A stretch of 60,456 nucleotides of DNA, from NCBI GenBank assembly GCA_029717555.1, contig JAMDHS010000063.1, positions 62,001 through 122,456 of the forward strand, written 5' to 3'. This document shows, one piece after another, positions 13,652 through 23,354 of the stretch (its first letter is position 1; each line of letters opens with the position of its first letter). This DNA comes from Peribolospora baueri. Its lineage: Eukaryota. The notes beneath the pieces were generated by a model. The model did no database searches and was not told where the DNA came from. It worked only from the letters and a program-made list of their open reading frames with translations. Position numbers and translations under genes: made by a program.

Positions 13652-16173
13652 ATGGCGTTGTGCACATTTTACCAGCGTGGGACGTGCAAATTTGGTGCGA
13701 ATTGTCGGAACGAGCACCCTGGGCAGGTGACCGCTTTTAATCGTGGTGAGTATTGTTGGGGGAATGATGTGGTGCGGGTAGAGCTCTTGGATACGACAAG
13801 CGGAGAGGAGAAAGGATGTCGTAGGACATTTAGGCCTGCACTTTTTGGTTGCTTGCTTCCCAGCTCATCATGCTATCACATCGTCATAAACTCGCACACT
13901 CAACGTCTCCATGTCAAACACCGTCCACACAGGCAGCACAACCAGCGGTGTTTCTTCCGCATTTGGAGGCGGCTCGGCTTTTGGGACCAACGCCACTGGT
14001 GGAGGTGGGGGAGGAGGAGCGGCTCGGCGCGACATGATCTCAACGTGAGTGTTTGGTCGAGTTGAATGACGATGGATACGTCTACTACCGTCCTGATGCT
14101 GGACGCCAAACTCATTCTTTCGTTCTATACCGCTCTCTCTTTAACAGCCCAGAACACATATCGAGCGAACTCCGCAACGAACGCCCAGTATGGCCGCTTT
14201 CCGTCTTCGCTGTATCGAAGCTCGAACCCAACCTTATCTCCGGGATGGACATCAGTCCGGAGGAACTGAGATGGGAGGCATGGCAGGCTTTGAAGAAAGA
14301 ACAGCCGGCGGTATATGTGAGTTCCATATGATAGTTACTTTTTTCGAGTTCTCGCAGAGCAACCGCCGTTGCTCTTGTACTTTCGTCTTAGGATCGACGA
14401 GACGCGCCGGGCCGCTTCTTATATATGTTGTTTGCCTGTTTGCTTGGATACTTACCGCGGTGGTCGCCTCTGATCGGATCATTGTTTCCGGCTTTATTAA
14501 ACTATCGCTTGACTACCTCTTTCTCCTTTTGCTCCCTCTCCGCGCAGGTCGAGCGAGAAAACTTATTAATCGCTCAAGCGGACGCGGCCGTCCAAGCCGT
14601 GCTCTCCAACGTCCCGCAAGCACTTTCTCAAGCGCAGAGACTACACGATCAGATGGTTGGGTCTTCGTCTTTGCCGTCAGCAGGGGGTAAGGCGGCCACG
14701 ACTGCTTTCGGCGGCGGCAGCAGCAGCAGCGCGTTTCCGAGTAGTTCGCAACCTTCTGCATTCGGCAATCCATCCACCTCTGCTTTCGGCGGAGGTGGGA
14801 GCGGAACGACGAGCGCTTTTGGGAAGCCGAGCAGTGTCTTTGGCGGTAACTCGGCCTTTGGCGGGGGAAGCGGCAGTGGTGGCAACAATGCCTTTAGCGC
14901 CTTCATCAAGCCAGGCACCGGAGCTTTTGGAAGCCCTGCTGGAGGGGCGGGCAGCGGCAGTGGGTTCGGTGCCGTTTCGCGGTCGTCGTCTCAGGATCAA
15001 GGGGTGGGCACATCTACAATCGGCCAGCCTTCTGCATTTGGGCAGACTTCGACGTTAGGAGGCGGCGGTGGATCTGCATTCGGGCAGACTTCGTCGCTAG
15101 GTAGTGGAGGGTCTGCGTTCAGCGTGGGCTCGACGTTGGGAGGAAATTCTGCGTTCGGTCAGCCTTCGATATTGGGAGGAGCAGGGAGCAACAGCATTTT
15201 CGGATCCACCTCTACCCCTTCTGCCTTTGGCCAGTCCTCCTTCGGCAGCCAACAACCGGCCGCCTTTGGGAAATCCGCCTTCGGCCAACCGGCTTTCGGT
15301 CAGACGTCAGCTTTCGGATCCTCCGCCACCGCCCAATCCCCTTCGGCTGCCGTGACGACACCGAGCACGCCGGCCTCCGGCTCGGCGTTCGGCTCGACGA
15401 GCAGCTTGGGCAATAGCGCTTTCGGCGGCTCCTCCTCCGCCGCTCCGGCCTTTGGGCGCACGTCGGCCTTCGGAGGTCTCGCCGGCTCAACGACGTCCTC
15501 TACCATTGGACAGTCGTCCGCCTTCGGTTCCACCACCACACCAGCTTCTTCGGCGTTTGGCGGCACGTCATCTTCGGGTGGTGGATTCGGTGCATTTGGC
15601 GGCACTGGTACGGGGACGACTTCGGCTCTCGGCGCCCCTTCGGCATTTGGGACCACCGCGCCGCCGAGCGGTACGGGCGCGTTTGGCGGTAGATCCGCCT
15701 CAGCGTTTGGTCAACCGTCCGCTTTCGGACAGATATCGACTGCCAGCGGCTCTGCTTTCGGCCAGACCTCGTCCTTGGCGCAACCTTCCTCCGCTTTCGG
15801 CGTCACTTCGACGCCCACATCTGCCTTTGGCGCGACGACGACCTCTATCCCCACCTCCGCATTTGGGAGGGCGACGTCCGCCTTTGGTAACGTGTCAACG
15901 GGAGGAGGCGCGGGCGGTGCGTTGGGTGCGTTCGGCGGCCAGCCGTCGTCGTCGACCGGCTCGGCATTCGGCACAGGCACCGGAGCGGCCTTCGGCGGTT
16001 TCACGGGCGGAGGCGGCTTCGGCGCGGCGACGGGCGCGACGATCCAAGATCCTTACGCGGAGGACGTGATCAAGGAAGAGGATGTTCCTCCGGACCGTCT
16101 GGCCGCGTTCAAGGCCGAAAAGTTTGAGTGGGGGTTTGTACCTTCTTTGGAGCCGCCTTTGAGCGTGCGATGA
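13652..16173 (+). CDS. NUP42: FG nucleoporin Nup42/Amo1 (NUPL2-like)
   Basis: N-terminal CCCH zinc finger (CTFYQRGTCKFGANCRNEH), ERPVWPLSVF...DISPEELRW, a long SAFG/AFG repeat region, and the C-terminal Gle1-binding-type motif AFKAEKFEWGFVPSLEPP. Confidence 0.92.
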
Positions 16174-16434
16174 AGAAGGAAGGTGGGAGGGAGGGGAGGG
16201 CGCCGTGTGGGCAGAGTCTTATTTGGCTGGAAGTGTGTCCTCCAACTTCCTTTTCCCGGCGTGTATTACTAGGGTAGTAGTTCATCATGGAGGCGAGCGA
16301 GCAGGAATGAAATCCACGACCGCTGGTCGACCATCTCATTCTAGGGCCGAGTTCTAATGAAACGGACGGAGAGGGTATCTAACCCGCATGCCAATCCTCC
16401 GGGCTTCTCTTTAACGTTAAACCGAACTGTCCCG

Positions 16435-17490
16435 TCACATCTTAGCTCCGCCCCCCACGCTGTTATCCGCCTTGGTATGCGTGGCCGTGAAGCAATGCTT
16501 TCTTGCCCTTTCCCGCTCCCCAGTACCGGGAAGGAGGATGTACCCATCCGACCGCAAGACGGCCAGCCTCCTCCCCACGGACACGCTTACGTTCTCCACG
16601 ACCAGCGTGGATCCTCTGGGTGCTGCGGAGAGGAAGTGCACCTGGAGGGAAGAAGAGACACCGGTGAGGGACCAGAGGCCTAGTGGGGCCTCGCCAGTGC
16701 TGTGGAGGTGGAGCTGTCGAAGAGGGGGATGGGGGGGGGGGGTAGATGGACGTAGTAGACCAGAAAGGACGCAGGGAGGAGAAAGTCGCACGACGTAAGC
16801 CCTGCGAACGATGGCGCGGTTCGATTCCGCCTAGAACGGAGCTGAGCGTGCTCCGATGAAGGACACGGCTCCTATACTCACGACCATGCTTGACAAACTG
16901 AGGGTGGGGAAGGTTGGGGCAAAGAGCGAAGTAGGATGCGAGGCAATGGAGAGCAGAAGGGTGTCATCGGACGAGATGCTACGTCAGCTCAGCAGCGGCG
17001 GCATCGGCGGTCGCTAGATTGGTCAGAACCAAGCGAGCCGCTGCCGAGAGTGCGCGAAACGTGCAAAGGACGAACGAGCTGACGCACTTGTCTACGATCG
17101 TCGCGGTACAGCCGCCGTGAAGGTTGCCTGTGAGATGACAGGCAAGAAACGGAGGACGGATGGTGGTCGGCGTTGGCTATCCAAAACCAAGCCAAGGCAA
17201 GCCAAGCAGGGCGAGATCTGCCGCTTATATCACAGACCCAGCATGTTACACATCTCCGCAGACACCTCCATTTCGACGACCACCTTGGCTGCGAGCACCT
17301 TTCCGTTCTCGTCCTCCGTCCTGGAAACTTCCACGAGTCTGATGGAGGGATAGCTGTGGAGGCTAAAGGCCACAAGTGGTGACGAATCGGGGTCGGAGAC
17401 GGAGCGGGTTTCATCGGAGGAGCGGGCGAGGAGGTCGATCCATTCTTGGATATGCTGACGGGCGACGTGGACGGGGACGGGCCGAGTCAT
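16435..17490 (-). CDS. Hotdog-fold acyl-CoA thioesterase (PaaI/ACOT13-like), 4 exons including a 16-nt microexon
   Basis: Exons 17490-17238, 17127-17088, 16897-16882 and 16713-16435 join in frame. They give VVVEMEVSAEMCNMLGNLHGGCTATIVDNLSSMV...GVSSSLQVHFLSAAPRGSTLVVE...VGRRLAVL...CFTATHTK, with the HGG...D hotdog motif. Confidence 0.88.
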
Positions 17491-17599
17491 GGTCGTGGCC
17501 TCGGTCGCGGTCGTAGTCGGTGATGGTGAGAACGGTCAGAGGCGCCGTCAGAGCGAGAAGGCGTAATACCTATATGCCCACACCCACCGCTGAGGACGG

Positions 17600-17885
17600 T
17601 TGAGCGAGATGGACGCCGACGGCAATGTCGATTCACATCGGTCCGGGGTCGGCCCCATGATGGCACACGAGACGAAGGCACAGGACTGTCACGTGAAACA
17701 TGGCCTGTATCTAGAGCATGACGGCTCGCGGACTTCGAATCCATCTTTTCTCCCCCCTTCGCTTCGAAGTTCAGCTCAGCAAATACATCGAAGAGGAGAG
17801 CAAGGAGGCGTTCGGGTTTTTGAGAGGGACAATGATGGCTTCCTCTCCGTCGCCGAGCTCAAGCACGTCTGAACAATCTATGAGC
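17600..17885 (+). pseudogene. Degenerate calmodulin fragment (EF-hand 2 to EF-hand 3)
   Basis: Reads EMDADGN...MMAHETK, then EEESKEAF-(frameshift)-VFERDNDGFLSVAELKHV-(frameshift/stop)-NNL. This is collinear with calmodulin EVDADGNG...MMARKMK...[31 protein letters not shown]. Confidence 0.7.
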
Positions 17886-18381
17886 GTCTCTTCCGTCGCC
17901 CCTCTTTTCTTTTCTTTTCTGCTTCGACGCGAAGGAAACGTTGGTCGGTCCGTACGGACACGGTCCTCCTGCCTTCTATTTCTACCTTCACGGGGGAAAT
18001 TCGAAGACGGTCTGTGGGCTGAGAGAAGAAATGAGGGGGTGGCATCGAGGTCGGGAGCGTCGAGGTCGGACGAGGCGACGGGCAGAGCGCCGGGCGAAAG
18101 ATGCCACAGCTCGGAGGAAAGCGGACGGAAGAAAGGCAAATGGAGGCGAGACATGATCGAGCCGGGAGCCGGAGCCGGGAGAGGGTGAGGCTGTGCGACG
18201 GACGGGGTTGTTTCAGGACGAGGACGGAGGAGAATGGAAGGGCTGGAGGCGTCGGCCAAGGCGGGTAGGTTGGCTACGCACTGCGCATCTCTCTCCGCTG
18301 TGATCTGCTGACTGCCGCGTTGCTCGTATTGCGTGTGGAGAGAAAGGAATCTGGCGTCACAAGCCCGCCGGATCGTCTCAT

Positions 18382-18419
18382 CTGACGTTGCTGACGTTTG
18401 CTGACGTTGCTGACGTTTG
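18382..18419 (+). repeat. Tandem repeat (CTGACGTTGCTGACGTTTG)x2 containing four TGACG(T) motifs
   Basis: Directly visible, about 450 bp upstream of the ATG at 18869. Confidence 0.9.
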
Positions 18420-18868
18420 CGCAGCGCCAGCGCTAGCCGACGCTGCCCCGGCTGATCAGCTTGCAGGAAGCATATGCAGCACATATTCACCTCGGCACTT
18501 GCTCTCGCCGCCCCGCTTCGTCAACGGAAGTTTCATGTCGGCCCCCGATCTTCTCACAGCCAAGCACCGCTTCACCCTTTGTAGCCTGCTCGGGCCGTCG
18601 ATCCGACCTTGGCTACTCTACTGCCGTCATCGTCACCGATCACTTCGCCAGCTCGGGCCCGTCGCCCCCGGCGTCGCCCGCACCGCCGCAAGGCGTCCCG
18701 GCCGGGCGGTAAGTGTATATATACACGCAGCGCATCGCACTCTCGTCGTCGATACACCCTCACCCGTTCTCTTCTCTCTCTTGCGCACCCCCGACTTGGG
18801 TCCCATACTCTACCTCTACCGTCTTCGCCACTCGCCACGCCTCTTGAGCAAGCCCTATCCCAACAGCC

Positions 18869-19757
18869 ATGATTTACTCCAGGCACGCCGCTTTCTTTGC
18901 CACCCTCGGCGCCGTCCTTCTTTCGTCTGCCACCTCGGCCGCACCGGCATCCCGCTCGAGTGTCGTGCCTTCCGGCACCAGTGCCGCTCCCGTCGCATCT
19001 GGCGCGCCGGCTAACGCTCCCTCCACCGCCTCTGCGCCTTCCTCCTCGGCCACCAGCGGCACCCCGCCCGACCCGGCCTCTTGCCAGTTCGGCCAGCCGG
19101 GACAGCTGTGCTCGCCCGCGAACGGGAGCACCATCGAGGGCACCTGGCGCTTGGCTTACAGGGGCACGAACGGCCTCTCCGACGCCACGCGATTCATCAC
19201 CGCCGGCTTGCAGAGTGTCGCCAGTGCGACCAACGCCACGACTGGCGCGGGCGCCTTTAACACTACCAGCGCCTCCAACGCTACCAGCGCTTCCAACGCT
19301 ACCGCGGCTGCCCCTCAGCCGATTTGGGACCTCGTGAGTGTTCGACTCCACACTCCAAGGCCCAATTATCGGCCATGACGGCACCGCATGCCCGGGCGAC
19401 GATCCTCCGGCTGACCGACCAATCTTGCTTTGTTCTCTTTCCTTTCTCTCGTCTTTCTGCGACATTCAGGGTGGTCTCCCCGCGTACCAGTTCAAGCCCA
19501 CCAAGTCGGTCACCTTCGACTACACGAACATGACCGTCCCTTGTGGCATGACCAACGGCACCTACAACCTCATCATCACCGACTACGTCACCGCGGGTGT
19601 CGACCAGATCGCCACGCACATCGTCCACACCTTCGGTCCTTTCGACGTCGTCTCGACCGACAACTGCATCGCTGCTCCTCACCCGAGCGACGCACCCTCC
19701 GGTGCTCCCACCTCGTCCGCCCTCCCCACCACGTCTGCCTCCCCCTCCGGCTTTTGA
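18869..19757 (+). CDS. Secreted Ser/Thr/Ala-rich protein of unknown function, 2 exons
   Basis: Signal peptide MIYSRHAAFFATLGAVLLSSATSA, intron about 19334-19469 (gtgagt...ctgac...cag), 4 Cys, several NxT sequons, strong C-ending codon bias, TATA-like element at about 18715. Confidence 0.8.
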
Positions 19758-20252
19758 GCCCTCCTCCCTCGGGCCTCGCCGTCGGCTTCAAGACGCGATC
19801 TTGACAGCACCTTAATCGACAAAACCAGGATCTTGCTCCTCTTTCGCATATAAAACGCATCGGCCGAATTCGCTTCCGTCTCCCTCTTGACTATGTATTT
19901 GTCATGGACAACACCTCGCTCGTTTTCATTGCCAACCCTTCGTTTCGTCTCCACTTCCCGCTCTTGCTTTCTCATCTCTTAATCAGGACTTGGCCCCTTC
20001 ACCGGCACTCGTTGCCTTAGGATGGATTGTACCTCGTCCACTTCTCCATCGTCACTTTCCGCACTTATCCATGTCATATTAGTTAACGCACGATCGAACG
20101 GCGAATCAAGTTGCTCGCTGACGTTTTCCTTGCACGTGGGATAGCGGCTACCTCTGCCTCGTACAGAGTGAGAACCTGGCGGTAACATGGAAGTATTCAA
20201 GACACCTCTCCTTCTTTCATCCATGGATGGGCCCAAGTTCACTGATCGCTCA

Positions 20253-21002
20253 CTAACGCCGGCCCTTACGGACGACGGTGGTGAAGCCGTCCTCGTCCAC
20301 AATCGGCTCCGGACGTTGTGGTTCTCGCCGTCGTCCATCGTCCGCCGGTCCGTCGACGTCCATGCCGTCCCGCTCGTCCTCGTCCTCGCTCCCATCCTCG
20401 TCGTCGTCCTCTTCGTCAGACCCTCCCTCCACTTCCTCCTCCGGCGCGACCTCGTAGCGCACCTTCTTCCCAGCAATCTTCCTTACCCTCTCCTCCAGCG
20501 CCTCCACCATGGCCGTCCCTCTTCCCCTTTCGTCCGCCTTCCGCACGCAAGCCTCCCAACAGGCGAAGATTTCCCGTCCCACCTCCTCCGCGCTGTCGTC
20601 CTCGAGACGCATCTCGTACTCGTCGTTGACGTACTGCATCAGCACGTCTGTCACGTCTTCCGCGTCCAGGCGGAGCGTCGCAACACCCGCGGCTGAGGAA
20701 GAGGCTGAGGACGAGGAGGGGACGATGGTGGAGGGAGCACCGACGACGTCCTGGCCCGAGCCCGGGCCCGTCGAAAAGCCGGCCTCATCGAACATGTCCA
20801 AGAGGTACGAGGCAAGAAAATCCCTCTTCTCCTCCGACTCGGGACCGCCCCATCCGTTGGCGATCGCCAGACGCAGCGCGGGCCAGAGGCGGAGGAGCGC
20901 GATAACGCCGCGGGCGAAGAGAACCGAGTTGGCGGACGCCGCCGGCATGGGGACTGCCGGCGCTGCTGAAGAGGACGCGGTGGGGAAGTTGGCAGTGGAC
21001 AT
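20253..21002 (-). CDS. TSR2: Pre-rRNA-processing protein Tsr2 (eS26 chaperone), intronless
   Basis: WPALRLAIANGWGGPESEEKRDFL (WGG domain), DEYEMRLEDDSAEEV, acidic tail, EPIVDEDGFTTVVRKGRR*. Confidence 0.95.
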   Translation of the reverse strand: MSTANFPTASSSAAPAVPMPAASANSVLFARGVIALLRLWPALRLAIANGWGGPESEEKRDFLASYLLDMFDEAGFSTGPGSGQDVVGAPSTIVPSSSSASSSAAGVATLRLDAEDVTDVLMQYVNDEYEMRLEDDSAEEVGREIFACWEACVRKADERGRGTAMVEALEERVRKIAGKKVRYEVAPEEEVEGGSDEEDDDEDGSEDEDERDGMDVDGPADDGRRREPQRPEPIVDEDGFTTVVRKGRR

Positions 21003-21599
21003 GGCGAATTCGGGTTTTGGCTGCGGTCGTTTAGTCAGTCGCTGGGAAGATGGACGAGGGCGAGTGGAACTACGGTCTGGCGTATCTTCTTCGTGCGTTG
21101 AGACCTCTTTCGCAGATGCTCCAGGAAGACGAAGCTAGACTTTTTTGACTGCCGCACGTGAACGCTATCTGATCACTCTCGCCGCAGCGGACGACGAGTG
21201 GAGCTGACAGCTATTCACAAGCACTTCAGCATGAACACAAGGTAGTTACAACAACTGCAGCGCGCGCCCAAGGAGCACCAAAAAAGAGAAGGGAAGTGGA
21301 TTCGATCGGACACAGTACGTGACACATCATACCAGGTTATTGACTGAGAAGCGGCGATGGGGCGGATTCGAGTTCGACATTCGAGCGGTGCGGCGGTCCA
21401 CACCGTGCGATCGTTGGCACGTGATCAGCCCATGTTCGGAGAAAAGCGGCTACGTAGTTCTTCGCGATTCCTTCTCGCTGACTTGTCCCGCCTGGAGGTC
21501 GTGCGACAATCCAAACCCGCCACCATCTCTCATCCCTTGTTCGCGCATTCTCCTTCCCTTCACCCCCTTTTCATCTTTGCAAGTTCAAAGTCTCGCACC

Positions 21600-22541
21600 A
21601 TGATAGCCCGGTCCGTTGCCATGCGCAGGTTGCTGTTTTCTCAGCCGGGCGTCTCCGCCTCTACCCTTCGCTCTCGCGCCGCTACCACCCTTCCGTCCTC
21701 CTTGCCGACCTTTTCCTCCCGACGAACAGCACCGGCTATTGCTCAGGTCGGCTCGCCTAGGACTACTGTTTCTGCATTCTCCACCTCGGCGCGATGGAGG
21801 AAGGAGGCAAACGGAGCGGAGCCGGAAGGTGTCAAGGTCGAAGTCGAGAAGGCAGATCAGAAGGCGGGTGAGAACGGAAAGAAGGAAGGGGAGGTGCCCG
21901 CTGAGAAGAGCGAGGTGGAGAAGAAGCTGGCAAGCAAGGAAGAGGAGATAGAGAAGCTCAAGGTGTGCAGTTTGGTTTCATGTTCTGATCCTGGCTGCTT
22001 TCTGAGGCCTCGATTCTCCGTCGCTAACTTGGCACGAATCATCGCTCCTCGATTCGGTCAGTCCGACAACTTGTACCTGAAGGCGTCTTTGCAGGACGCA
22101 CGCCTGGACTTTGCGAACCTGCAAAGGCGATCAAAAGAGGAGACGGCCAAGGCTTCTGACTATGCTATCTCCAAGCTGGCTACGGAGCTCGCCTCCACGG
22201 TAGACGTCCTGACGCTCGCCCTCAAGGCGGCGCAGGAAACGGGCGAGGCGGCGGCGAGGCAGGTGAAGGAGTCAGGCGCGGCGGGTGACGTCAAGTCACT
22301 GGCGGATCTCTACGAGGGCGTCCGACTGACGTACGACTCGCTGCTGGCCACGCTCAAGCGACACGGCGTTGAGTCGTATGACCCAACGGGCGAGAAGTTT
22401 GACCCGGAGTGGCACGAGGCGCTCTACCAGGCTCCCATCCCCGGAAAGACGCCAGGCACGGTTCTGGAGACGCAGAAGCTCGGCTACCGTATTAAGGACA
22501 GGGTTTTGAGGCCTGCCCAGGTCGGTGTCGTTCAAGGATGA
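21600..22541 (+). CDS. MGE1: Mitochondrial GrpE nucleotide-exchange factor Mge1
   Basis: Arg/Ser-rich presequence, DFANLQRRSKEE, AISKLATEL, LYEGVRLT, GEKFDPEWHEALYQAP, GYRIKDRVLRPAQVGVV. One intron at 21963-22061. Confidence 0.95.
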   Translation: MIARSVAMRRLLFSQPGVSASTLRSRAATTLPSSLPTFSSRRTAPAIAQVGSPRTTVSAFSTSARWRKEANGAEPEGVKVEVEKADQKAGENGKKEGEVPAEKSEVEKKLASKEEEIEKLKVCSLVSCSDPGCFLRPRFSVANLARIIAPRFGQSDNLYLKASLQDARLDFANLQRRSKEETAKASDYAISKLATELASTVDVLTLALKAAQETGEAAARQVKESGAAGDVKSLADLYEGVRLTYDSLLATLKRHGVESYDPTGEKFDPEWHEALYQAPIPGKTPGTVLETQKLGYRIKDRVLRPAQVGVVQG

Positions 22542-23354
22542 ACGTAGTCAACGATGCTTCGAAGGGGTGACGACGCGAATTGCATCTTACCCGCTCGACC
22601 TCTGAAGGTCCCGCCGGTCGATAGAATCTCGGTGTGCGTCGTTGAATAGCTTTACCCAAGCGCCTCTTTCTACACATCTTCCCCTCCCTTGAACTGCTTT
22701 CCGCCAGCGGCCCTCCTCCCGCCAGTGCACCGAGCTCCCCTTTCCCCTTTCTTCGCATTCCCTTCGCATCTAATTGCTCACATAGGCCCTCACCACACCC
22801 CCACTCCAGTTTTACATGCTACGCCATGGCTGTGTTTTTTGCGTCGTCGGCGGGCTAGCGTCTTCGCTCGATGTATCATCAGCATCTATCCGGAAGAAAG
22901 CACGCAATACAGCACCAGCCTTTTCGCGAGTAATGCGGAGGACAATGGCGGACAGCGCCGAATAGCCCGAATGTCTGCGCACGCAAATGTTATAGGAGCA
23001 GCACCAGCAGCCTTCCGTCGGCACTTTTGTGCTTCGGGATAGACGGCCCGCTCCTTTTCTTCTCGATCGTATCGCTCGCATCCGTGTAATCCGGATCATA
23101 GCCCTTCTTTGGTCTCCCCGCCTTTGCCATAGGTTCTGCACATGCAAAATAGAATAACTCGAGCGCGGCAGAACCTGGGTTGAGATCCGGCAGTTTGAAT
23201 GGTTGCTGGCGGCCGGCATGGTCTGAACGGCCGCACTGTCCTAACAACGCCCATAGATACGTTATTACCTTGCGCCGATGGGAGGCGCACAGACCGTAGA
23301 AAAAACCGATTGCATCGCACCGTCCGCCCTTCGGTCCAGTTAACTGTGGCCCAT

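Noticed and set aside
14448..14480. ATACTTACC resembling the 5' end of U1 snRNA in a NUP42 intron
   Set aside because: The match stops after 9 nt, with no U1 loop II (ATTGCAC) or Sm site downstream.
14690..16030. Repetitive GC(C/T)TT(C/T)GG array that could suggest a CRISPR-like or satellite repeat
   Set aside because: Fully explained by the SAFG/AFG codons of the Nup42 FG domain.
16815..16832. GCGGTTCGATTCCGC, a tRNA T-arm/B-box-like hairpin
   Set aside because: No matching acceptor stem, D arm or anticodon arm can be folded, and it lies antisense within a thioesterase intron.
17008..17043. RSL-GQN-(P)SE resemblance to calmodulin helix C
   Set aside because: Needs two frameshifts over about 10 codons and is separated from the main relic by intact thioesterase exons, so it is probably chance.
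22812..23219. Short protein-like frames (MAKAGRPKKGYDPDY...) between MGE1 and MSS1; similar frames at 26373-27128
   Set aside because: No recognisable domain, transposase motif or terminal repeats, so they cannot be supported as genes or mobile elements.
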